Below, piece after piece: positions 22,930 to 33,000 of a stretch of DNA of 33,000 bases (position 1 is the first letter of the stretch; each line of letters opens with the position of its first letter). Position numbers and translations under genes: made by a program. Origin of the DNA: Dicyema japonicum (Eukaryota; Animalia; Dicyemida); NCBI GenBank assembly GCA_011109175.1, contig RDEW01000004.1, positions 1,996,105 through 2,029,104 of the forward strand. Direction: 5' to 3'. The notes under the pieces are model-generated. The model was not told the origin of the DNA, made no database searches, and saw only the letters and a program-made list of their open reading frames with translations.

Positions 22930-23250
22930 CACACTCCATGCGCGGAAAAAAACGATGAGGGCAAAGGAGAAGAAATACGAAGCCCTACGAGACCGATTCG
23001 CGTTCTATCCAATTGTGGTCGAGACAACTGGAAGAATAAGTGGAAAATCGCTTCGCTTCCTAAAGAAACTTGGACGCCTAGCTACACTAGAAAGCCACGA
23101 CGCACATGAGACCCGGTTGGCTTCTCCAGTTGATTTCTGTTGCAATCGTGAGAGGCAACGCGACGTCGATAATGTCGGTGAGGACCACTTTGGATGAATC
23201 GCTGTGTTAATTAATTATTTTTAAATTATTAAAATCAATAATAATAAAAA
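22930..23250 (+). mobile_element. CRE-clade retrotransposon 3' end (REL domain end + tail)
   Basis: RAKEKKYEALRDRFAFYPIVVETTGRI..LRFLKKLGR..-WLLQLISVAIVRGNATSIM..LC*, then an AT-rich tail. Confidence 0.88.
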
Positions 23251-23604
23251 ATTTGAATTGCATGCAAATTAAAGTTCGATAAATGATTCATCCTCAAGGT
23301 GAATAATCCGAGTGTTTCAATATCTAATAATTCTGAATAATACGAGCTCCAAGTCTGCATGCACTGTTACAACAAGGAAATAAATTTCATTAAAATCTGA
23401 CATGAAATTTAATAAAACAGCAGTAATTCCTCCAATTTGTCATTAATCGCCCTAAGCACTTAAGAATGTCTACAAGACTCCCTCAAAGCACTCCCAATTA
23501 CAGGCCAGATTCAGCCGACAGCTTAATTATCATAAGCGGGAAAAATTAATCGTTCGGTCACTATATTAAAACGAAAATCACCCAAGAACGCCATTTCGTG
23601 TGTA

Positions 23605-24945
23605 ATGTCGCTGCTTCTGACACTTTTCCTGACATATTTCCATATTTCACAGAGTGGGGTCGGCAAAAAAGGTCTTATTATGTTGTATGGTAGTCTGCTA
23701 TTCCATAACTAATGGTTTGTCGACTTCTTCTGGTGTGGATCGACTCAGGTTGTACAGAGGCATATACGGAGGTTGCACCAAAGTGGTGGGTCCGCTGGAA
23801 ATAACTCATGTGAGCCTCCAGCAAAACGAGACTCTCAATTTTCTTGGAGGAATTCGTGAGGTTTTTTGTAATGAAGACTGAAGATAACTGACTATCTTCT
23901 AATATATAAGGTTACTGCCAAGGAACTGAAATTGTCCAATCTGAGCTTGATTATGGGAATAATCTCTTCATGGGCAGAGGGATCATGATCTCGGACTCAC
24001 AAATAGAGAATTTCGACCTTCGATCACTTGCTGGTTTTATAATTTGATTTCTGATCGTAGAAGTATCCAGGGGATCCATTTATGTGAGGAATGTGAGGGG
24101 ATTCCGCAGTATTTCAGCCATATCCTTTGAAGAATTTGTCGTTGACAAGTCGAGACAGAAGATTGTGACTGATTTTACCCTCGAAAGTTCCATTTGAATA
24201 AATAATCCAGCAGAAACATCATGTCCCCCCACTGCCAAGGCTACAATCACAAATCCTACTGCTGGTCTGAGAATGAGTGCCAGATCTGTTCATTTGATTA
24301 TCAATATTCTACTAGTTAAAAGACTACGTTGCCATAGAATGTGCTGATCAATGCATATTGAAGGGAAGTGCGGCAATTTGTGTCAAATCGAAGACCACGA
24401 GGACCTCTAATTATATTGATAAAGGTATTACCTTTCCCTCAGCCACAGTATCTGTGGACTATAAATTTTCCAAGGTTTCTGTCTCCTCGGGGAGATTGCC
24501 TTCAGGAATGTCTGCTTGAGGGTCAGTTCTGGTAGAACTCCTTATGGTTGTTCTCTGATCATCCTGTATGTTCAACCTACAGAAATGGGAAGATTACTGA
24601 AATTACTCATTCGAACATCCACGACTTTGAGGATTGCCTAATAATTGAGGGGAGTCTGATTTATTTCCCAACTGGGTACTCATTCAAGGTAAATATTCTA
24701 GTGGGACATGATGGCTTCAGATCTTGAAATACTCAGATCTGTGAGGGCTGTGACGGGGTTCATTTACGTTACAGTTCCTGTGGGGGTTGAAAGTCTTGAT
24801 TTCCTCGGAAATATTGCTTATGTTGGCGGGGATTTCGTGTATTCTGTTATTTAACGTTGTAGCCACATGGGGTACTCCATAATAATATTTGACGTGTACA
24901 GATCGAATTTGAGGAGTCTTGGTTGGCCAGTCTTTCAGTTTGAAG
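23605..24945 (+). pseudogene. EGFR: EGFR/ErbB-family receptor pseudogene: signal peptide, L1, partial furin-like, L2; truncated before TM/kinase
   Basis: Spliced: MSLLLTLFLTYFHISQSGVGKK|VCYSITNGLS..YGGCTKVVGPLEITHV..LNFLGGIRE|ITDYLLI..LRSLA|EVSRGSIYV..CWSENECQI|FKRLRC; L2 ITHSNIHDFEDCLIIEGSL..LEILRSVRAVTGFIYV..LDFLGNIAYVGG..NLRSLG. Introns at 23672-23693, 23861-23883, 24034-24060, 24187-24213 (or 24210), 24288-24315. Frameshifts near 23955 and 24228; internal stops. Confidence 0.92.
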
Positions 24946-25189
24946 TAATTATGCTATCCTCAGAGACTGATTTCATTGGGCGGGTGAATCTCTCTGTCTG
25001 CCCTACGTCTTTTTCGGTTTAGAATTTTGGTGAAACTTCCTGAATCCCCCGTGAAACGTCTCGGAATGCTTAAGAGAATTCTTGAATTCGCCATAGAATG
25101 GCTTCCACGTTTTTCCAGAAATTGTGAGTTTGTTGTTAGTTTTTTAATTGTTTGATTGATAGGATAAATAAGAAAATTTATTTGTCCTC

Positions 25190-26150
25190 CTTTACAAAAA
25201 ACAACTCCTATGCGAATCGCTGGACAGATTACACCTTCTTGACTCACACTCAGCACTATTCCTCATGAAAAGAAGTCTTAACATTCAGAGAATCGTTTAC
25301 TCAGGACAGCTCGGTACTATTCCCAACTAGAGCAGCTTGAGCACTTTGATTTGTCTTTCCTCAACTCGACGGAGAAAATATTTAATGTCAAATTCGACGA
25401 TGCTACATGGAAGCAAGCTACACTCCCAGTTAGATTTGGGGTCTTGGAATCCGTCGTACTTTGCACGTCTCACCTCCTGCACATCTGTCTTCACTCACGG
25501 CCTCCGAACCTTTGGTCAGGATGATTCTACACTCCCTACCCGAATTCTCAATTGATCAAGACATAATCCACGTACGAGAAGTCTGAAATGCCACCAACAC
25601 CCGCTGTCTCCTTCACAAGACTGTTAGCGAATCCTGGACAATTTATTGTGCTGGAAATCATTTGGACTCCTACTGGAATCGGCCAATCAGCACCGACGCG
25701 CTTGTTTGCTTTCGGGGGCTTTCCCTGAGAGCAGAGCTTGGCTAAACGCCATCCCAAATGGAGCTCTGGGAACTTTTCTGGATAAAGAATGCGTTAGAAG
25801 TGGTATCTCTCTGCGACTGAGACTGAAAGTATGTGTACCTCACCCGTGCCGATGTGGTGTCCTGATAGACTGCTATGGCCTGCACCCTCTCGCCTGCAAG
25901 AAGAGCGCTGGCAGATCTCCAAGGCACAAGGCTCTGAATAAAATTGTCAAGTGAGCTATGGATGCTGCTGGATACTCGGCCATTCTTGAATTGGTCGGGT
26001 TGTGCAGAAATGACAGGAAACGACCGGACGAGATTACTATATTTCGCTTTGAGGCCGGGAAACCACTTGTTTGGGACGTGACATGTACAGATACGTTCGC
26101 CCAGAACAATCATCACGAGTGCGCTTCAAGAGCCTGCTTTGCAACCATCT
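25190..26150 (+). mobile_element. CRE-clade retrotransposon fragment (RT thumb, zinc knuckle, REL endonuclease)
   Basis: WKQATLPVRFGGLGIR; SRAWLNAIP..LGTFLD..LRL..HPCRCG..GLHPLACK..RHKALN; RKRPDEIT..GKPLVWDVTCTDT. Confidence 0.92.
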
Positions 26151-26269
26151 GACGATACCATAACTTAGAGCCGGTGAACCATATTATTACTGAACTTTCG
26201 CTATGTCACGGTCATAGCAAAGCACGTATAAACAGAGAAACTAACAGCAGCGTTTCCTTTTCCAGTTGC

Positions 26270-26440
26270 TTTAGTCGCAAATAATCCACTTGGTACATGC
26301 AGGCAGTGTTGCAGATGAATAAATCATTCGCTTGTCAGAATTTATCAAGTATGGTTCATTGTATGTTTCTTCTCCCTTACCTTCCTTTCCTATGAAGGTT
26401 TTCTCCTCGCAATCCGAGTGCGACTTTGGCATTCAGATAT
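26270..26440 (-). mobile_element. LINE AP-endonuclease fragment
   Basis: LNAKV..FIGKEGKGRRN..NDLFICNTA..YQVDY resembles GDFNAKVG..IGxxGxGxRN..NxLxIxNT..NQIDY. Confidence 0.55.
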
Positions 26441-26592
26441 TCAAGAATAAATACTAAGGAATGTATCCGATCCCGACTTTATATTTTTTTAGTTTTTATT
26501 TTCCAAATTTTTTATAGTCATCTAACATTGAACGTAAGGACATTAATGCAAGTTGCAGCTAGTTTCTTGGGTTTTAGACATTTTTATTAGCC

Positions 26593-26843
26593 ACGTCACT
26601 AGCTCAACCAAAAATGAACTACCACGTAAAAATTAAAATTTTGTAACAACATCGTCAGAAAATATATTTATTCATTTTAATAAAAAACACAGAAATCAAT
26701 AAAAATGATTTAATTTAAATAAAAATAAAACTAAATTATTCTAGAATTATTATTAATTTAGTGAAATTACTACTCTAAATGTTTCAGTAATTTTTAAAAA
26801 TTAAAATATGACTATTTCCAGTTATTGGCTGAGGTGGTGACGT
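26593..26843. mobile_element. MITE-like element with imperfect ~21-bp terminal inverted repeats
   Basis: Left acgtcactagctcaaccaaaaa versus reverse complement of right acgtcaccacctcagccaataa, enclosing an extremely AT-rich core. No TSD seen. Confidence 0.45.
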
Positions 26844-26869
26844 CCCTCAATTAGATGTATTTGTAAAAC

Positions 26870-27190
26870 ACACCAATGAGAAATCGTACTTATCAAAAAA
26901 CAAGACCTATACACAATTTGTAAATCGAAGCACATATATAAAATTATTACTAAGACCCGATGGGGATTATTTGGGCACATATTATGAATGAATCATGCCA
27001 TCCATGCTTACGATGTTATGCAATCATATTTCTGCTCGGGCAGCTTTTAGAGGGAAACCACGAACAATGAACATCGATCTAAAACATGTTTAAATAGCAT
27101 TAGAAGACGCAAATGATCTAGACAGCTCGAGAGCATGGAGAAGTCTAACAGAGCGAATCATCTGGGGGTTGCACAAGCGACGGCAGGGTA
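26870..27190 (+). mobile_element. RTE-like LINE C-terminal fragment
   Basis: KTRWGLFGHIL*M..FRGKPRT..RAWRSLTERII parallels the C-terminus of the 7350-9490 element. Confidence 0.75.
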
Positions 27191-27669
27191 TAACTGTTTT
27201 ATTGCGAATGTTAATTGCTTAGAAAGTTGAGATGGTCACGTACCTTGATATCACAGAATGTCTAATAGCTTTATGACTGATAAATAGCATTGTCTTCCTC
27301 CTCATCAGAATAGATAAAGAAACGGAGCCAGAGGACATCAAAGTTTAATTACTATCTGAATACTAAAGAAGTTTGTTAATTCCAAATTAAATCTGAGAAT
27401 TCCCCCAAGCACATCAGCGAATGTTATCACGGAAAACTATACTTCTCGGACGTCCATGTACAATGCTTCTGAAATTCTTAATGCCGATCTTAGCTTGTAA
27501 ATAAAGCACTATTGGACACTAAGATATTTGAACTGTTTGGCGTCGAATAAAGGGGTGGAATCGATTGGTTAACAAAATCATCAAAGTGCTAATAGTAAGT
27601 GAAAATAGGATATTTTATTAAAAAGTAGTTTAAATTAAAGTTGTTATGACGTATCCATTATGACCTGGA

Positions 27670-27940
27670 GGTATTGAGCACGCGATGGGAGATACCTTTC
27701 ATAATCTCGAGCCCAATGTTCTGGAAAAGCCATCCCGTCATTCTAGGTTCACCCTTCCCTTTCCCTACAAGCCGTCCGATTAACCTGATCCGGTTTCGCA
27801 GTGAGATGTTCACTGATAACGGCATCATTCGTCAAGCCAAAGCATTGTAGATGCCTGGAACCTTCAGCCGGAATGTACAGCTGCTAGATTAGGACCCCTC
27901 AGGCCTTTTACAGCTCTCGCTACAGCGCCACTCGGAATTT
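27670..27940 (-). mobile_element. CRE-clade 3' fragment (divergent family)
   Basis: IRLIGRLVGKGKGEPRMTGWLFQNIGLEIMKGISHRVLNT resembles GxPRxxxWLxQRIxIAIxRGN. Confidence 0.6.
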
Positions 27941-28439
27941 AATATATAGTTATTGTAGATAATGTTAATTTATTGTATTTTATGATTTTTTAATAAAATG
28001 TAATATAAAGTAATTTATTATTATATGAAGGTTATGACTAGATTAACGTATCCTTTTTCTTTTGCGAGGATCTTAACCAGCCATCCACATGACTACCTCA
28101 TCGGACTCCTAGTTTGCCTCCTGATTTTCTATTTCTCTTGAAACAAAATGCTTATGTCCTTCTTAAGTAGGAGTAGAATTACCTCAAAGATATCAGTAAT
28201 GCTTTCAACACTCTAATAATAATATTCCGGTGGAGTGTATAGAAAGTTGCCCTAATATCTTCAAAATACCAATTGTAAATTTTCCGACTTTGTTCTTTGA
28301 TCCTTATCACTAGAGAGCAATGGTGTATGCATTTTGTGACAAGCAATGCTTATTTTGATTATTTATATTCAACTTTCACGCCTCACTATTTCTCATGAGG
28401 AGCAGTCTCACTATACAGGTGCTTGCATAAATTCTTAGG

Positions 28440-28900
28440 CGGTTCCCTATTTTTACAAACAGACGTACCTACGGTCTCTTTGGCCTGCCCGTTTCTGGAG
28501 CTTCACTGTCTCAAACGGAGCACTGTAGAGTTTCTAAACGACGATTCCGTTAAAAATGGATTTTCATTACTCCTTGGACTTAATTAAACCACATTCTGTC
28601 GATGCGATGATCAGATCGACTGTTTTGGTCAACGTCCACTCGCCTGTAAAGAATGCTGGAAAATCTCTAAGATACTAAGCCCTAACGAAGTCGCCAAAGG
28701 GGCTATAGATGCTGCCGGATATCTGTCTTTGCTCGAACCTGTCGGTTTGTGTAGGAAGATGTTAATCTTTTAGTTTGAAGCTGGAAAGCTTCTGGTCAGA
28801 GACATTATCTGCACGGATGCCTTCCCTGCAAACTACATTTACCAAAGCGCATCTGGGTAACTGAGAAGCCGAATTGTTGCGAAAAAAATATTCTGCATGC
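28440..28900 (+). mobile_element. Degenerate CRE-clade fragment related to 25690-26150
   Basis: Nucleotide similarity to the 25.7-26.1 kb copy (ctcgcctg, gctatagatgctgccggata, gtcggtttgtgtag, tttgaagctggaaa). Confidence 0.8.
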
Positions 28901-29039
28901 TTAGTGAATGATGTTTGCTTCTCTTGCTTATTTTAACAAAAACAATCAATGATCGGAGCAGGAATAATTGTCAATATGCTAATATGTCTTCGTTCCTACA
29001 TCTAACTCTCAAGGTTTTAGAGACCTTAGTATACATCTT

Positions 29040-29830
29040 GAAGAACTTTGGCGATCATTGAAGAACTGATTTTCTACACCAAAACTTGTTTCAGTACATC
29101 GCGACAGTTTTGTTTTTTGAAAATCCAAAAGTTAGAATCCCATTCCACCGAATTCCTCACAAACGTCAAATTAGATGATCAAGGGGAGACAAAACAAATT
29201 TCATTCGCTTAGGCAGCATTGTGTGAGATTAATTTACAAACCTTAAAAATAGTAGAAATTCCATCAAACACTAAATCGAAACCGACAAAAAACATCCATC
29301 ATTGTATTTTTCACCGAGAGATGTAGCGTCGGAAATTTCTCGATTAAACAACACACATTCCTGATATTAAACGGGATCTCAGCAATCCTGTTGAAAAATT
29401 GGTCACTGTGGCTGATTCTTCACTAACGAGCATTTTCAATTCAATCTTCGCTATATGAAAACAATCTATTATTCATCCAATCCTGAAGCCTGGAAAACCA
29501 AAGGAAGACCCCGGCTCCTAGAGACCGATGTCGCTTTTGTGTGTGCAGACAAGAACCCCAGAAAGACTGGTTATGACACTCATCCGCCCTTTTCTCTTAG
29601 ACGCATGGTTTCAGCATGGCTTAAAGAGTGAGCGTCGACTGACCTTGACACCTAAATACATTAAAGGAATTCATAACAGATTGCCTAAACAAAAGACGAT
29701 TGTCTGCTCAGTTGACATATTTGACTCTGTTCAGAGATCACCACAAACAAAATTTATTCGTCGACCACTGACGCAAATCTGAAGTTATGGAAAATTTCTT
29801 GAGCTGTCGCCGGGGCGAGTACGACACGGT
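29040..29830 (+). mobile_element. Jockey/I-like LINE RT fragment
   Basis: FSPRDVASEISRLNN..NGISAILLK..LTSIFNS..IIHPILKPGKPKEDPGS*RPMSLL..ERLV..FQHG..VDIFDSV. Confidence 0.85.
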
Positions 29831-32419
29831 AATCGATATTCTTCATCCTGACTATTATTATCAATGGGCTTCCTCAGGGTTCCCATCAATCTTACTACAA
29901 ATAACCTAACAATTTCACAAGATGACGACATATTATGGTCCTATATATTTGTTGCATCAAGGGATGTGAGTATTATAGACGCTAAGATTACAAGCTTTTT
30001 GGAAAATAATAGAAAACGAGTTCTTAAAAGTCTGTTTTTACCCTTTTCACGTCAAACAGAAGACCGAATATAATTCCTTCATATTTGGAAATACGAATAG
30101 TGTTTGTCTTTGCTAACGCATTCTTAAAGCATTTTTTACGAAAGCTCCCGTTTTTCAATCTCAAGTGCACGGAGTCTACCATAAAAATGTTAAAATGCGG
30201 ACTAAGGGCGATTTTTTAGAGAAAGTCATTAAATTCAATGTAATCTTTTGAGAGATATAGAGTACATTCTTCAAAAGCGATTTTCTCCGTATAAGGATGT
30301 TTGAGAAAGAATTTCAGTGTCTTTCCTGAGATATATCTGAAATTAGCAAATTTTAGAAAATTATGTCCTCGATGTCGACATACTGTGTCTGGCTCAATGA
30401 GTAGAGGTAATTAGTATTTCTTGTTGCGTGAACAATCAACACCAGGTTTTCCAACACGACGTTTGATCCATCAAAGCCAAACCATGTTTTGACTGACACA
30501 AATTCATATTTCATAGAATTAACACATGAATTTCCTGTTTACAGGTTTTGACGGTAAAAATTGACGTCTATTCACTCTACGTCCACTAAAGTTAAAGTTT
30601 CTCCAAACTTGAGTTTCGATTTATTAGTTGAAACATGAAAGTTGATATGCTTCCATCAATAATGCTCACTGAGCCTCTCCTGCGCATCAGACAATGGTTT
30701 GCAATATTTGAGTTCTTGAGTTACTTTTTATGAAGGTCTGCTCAATTTAGAACCAGATCCACCAATTCCGTTAAATTTGATTGTCTCTGTCATTCAATAT
30801 GAGACTCCGATAATGTAGGTAAGTTCTTTGGATGGCTGATCAATCAGGCCAGGTATTAGTGACCAATCTTGTTTTTTTTATACTCGCCTGTGGGTGGTCT
30901 TTGAGCAATATTGTCCGAATTTACTAGTCTTTAAGACTGCGATCCGTGCAGGAAATGTAGAGACGAATTCAATAACGCGTTATTACGTTCAAGATTTTCC
31001 TGTGCGATAGATGGGAGATAAGTAGATGGCATCCTCAGCAATGATAATAATTTTCAGGGGGAGAAAAGAAGATATCGTCGGTAGCGTTTAAGAAGAGTCT
31101 TCCTTCGAATATGTCACGTATATAATCTCGCATTTGCAAAAATTTGACTCCAGTCAATGTCCAGAAAGAGTTACCTTTGTCGACCTCTGTCGCCACAGTT
31201 ATCTATTTTCGCCCACAGTTAGATATTTATATCTTATCCCGAAAATAGGACCACCAAGAAAAAAAGAGTTAAACTATATAATTAAGTGACCCCGTAGACC
31301 TCAACAGGATCTAGAGTTTTTTTCTGTGCTTCTCCATATAGCCACAGCTTTTCTGAATCTACGACGTTCATATTTCATGAGAATTTGTGGAGGCGTGGGT
31401 TTTTTTCTCAATTTACGTGTACCACCGTGCGAAACATAACTTTTCAAAAATTCTGAAATCTTATCTTTTTGAGCAAGATTTTATTTCATTTTTAAAATAT
31501 GTGTGTATATACAAAATAAAAAGTTTTGGTTGGGATCTTGCGACACCCAATTTGAGTGAAAGCGTGTCCTTGATATGAGAGGAAGTGCATAGATGTTAAC
31601 AAGAGACAATTTTCCTTAAGGAAGTTATAGTCCAATTAACTTTTTACTATTGATTAAAATTTTGTCATTTTCCTAATACATCACGATTGTCACGGTGAAT
31701 TTATCATTTCCAATGAATTTACTTGTAGATAATCTTCAGGCTTTTCTGAGTAATGTGAAGAATTCCTCCACCATATGATGTTAAACCAATAAAAAAGGGG
31801 CGTCATTAGCTGATAAGTGAATTATGTGACTTAACATGTGTTGAAGTAGTTAAGTCCATTTGAACCCGCATCCGTTTAGTTCTCTGTATTTCGACTATCT
31901 CGTGAACTTAACACTCTTGACAAAATGGCCGTCTTTATTAACAATATTATCCTGGAATCTATGACGTTCTAAAAAGGAAAGCCAGTTATACCAATAGACA
32001 CGGAATTATGGCTCTAGTCAAATAAAGAAATCGTCTCAAAATTGGGGAAGACTTTCTTCCGATGCAAGGCTTCATCTAAAATCTTATAGCAATGAAATAA
32101 AAGCAAGTGAATTTCAAAATACAGACAACAAAATTAGAGCAAATTCTTCTCCAATGAAAGTATTAATGTAATAATTATAAATTCTAAATTTGATTAATTT
32201 TTTTTATTTTTATATTCAAATGAAATAAATTTTAATTATGAGTTATTGTCTCAAATATATTTCAAAAAAATTAAATATATTTTTACTCCCAGATAGCTGA
32301 CTCACTGAGCGTATTTCTTACAAAATAGTAAGCGGTAATCCGCTCTCATTCATGAGTGCAGCCACTTAGATCATTTAAATTAGTTGTTTTTAATTAACTT
32401 TAATTTAAAAGTAATAATT

Positions 32420-32518
32420 AATAATTAATTAACACAGTCATCTATCCAAAGTGGTCCTCGTCGACAATATCGATGTGTCGTTGCCTTTCACGATTGTAAC
32501 AGAAATCAACTGGATAAG
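32420..32518 (-). mobile_element. CRE 3'-terminal fragment, same family as 23120-23218
   Basis: Reverse complement matches 23120-23218 (tccagttgatttctgtt, aggcaacg, gaggaccactttggat, ctgtgttaattaattat). Confidence 0.9.
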
Positions 32519-32599
32519 TAATTAGTAGTTTTGTTTTTTGATGCCAAGGGTAGACAGCAAAAATCAGGTTAGGGTAGGACTAACGATACTACTTTTTCT

Positions 32600-33000
32600 G
32601 GAGGTGCCGAAGGTGGGAGTTCTCAAACTCTTATGCGCATAGGTACTCTGGCTACCTATGCCAATGGAAGGATCGTCAAACGAAGAGAATACCACTTGTT
32701 GGTGGGATTCAGGAACGAAGTGGACGCCTCAGCTTTTGAAGCTGAGGTTAATGATAAAGTACCTTTTGGGCCTGGGGCACATAACTTGTCTCGGGTAATC
32801 CCCAAGGAAACTGACTCAGTAGTGCTAGTCTTCGGGGTCCTCCTTGACTTGGAGATGATGTACTAGATCACATCAAGAAGGACTACCCCACGGCGCACAA
32901 GATCGAGCGCTTCAAGAGGGGCAGGAGGCTCCGGACCTTGAAGGTCTGGCTTCGATCAGGAGCAGAGGCAGATAGGATCTGCCTAGAGAAGGTACGAATT
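32600..33000 (+). mobile_element. Probable LINE ORF1 (gag-like/RRM) fragment, frameshifted, running off the window
   Basis: SVVLVFGVLLDL-GDDVLDHIKKDYPTAHKIERFKRGRRLRTLKVWLRSGAEADRICLEKVRI has the ORF1-type VIxGVxxD..RF..TVKIxF pattern; GC-richer block. Confidence 0.45.

Overview
AT-rich eukaryotic, almost certainly metazoan, nuclear DNA in which I found no intact gene. The window is a patchwork of 0.1-2.7 kb decayed modules separated by very AT-rich spacers. (i) Unprocessed pseudogenes that keep 22-28 nt GT-AG micro-introns: an EGFR/ErbB ectodomain, MSH5, a probable WDR34/DYNC2I2 and several unassigned remnants. (ii) Non-LTR retrotransposons: RTE-like, an R4/Dong-like REL element resembling microsporidian elements, seven CRE-clade fragments, and Jockey/I-like pieces. 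(iii) DNA transposase remnants: Merlin and pogo/Tigger (both with micro-introns), Buster-type hAT and Tc1. (iv) Two related families of short non-coding retroposons. These share a pseudoknot with compensatory base changes and HDV-ribozyme-like topology, which is the best candidate for an undescribed system. Micro-introns plus EGFR and a ciliary dynein-2 gene suggest a dicyemid/orthonectid-like animal (inference only). All protein identifications come from manual translation and remembered family motifs, not from database searches, and fragment boundaries are approximate.
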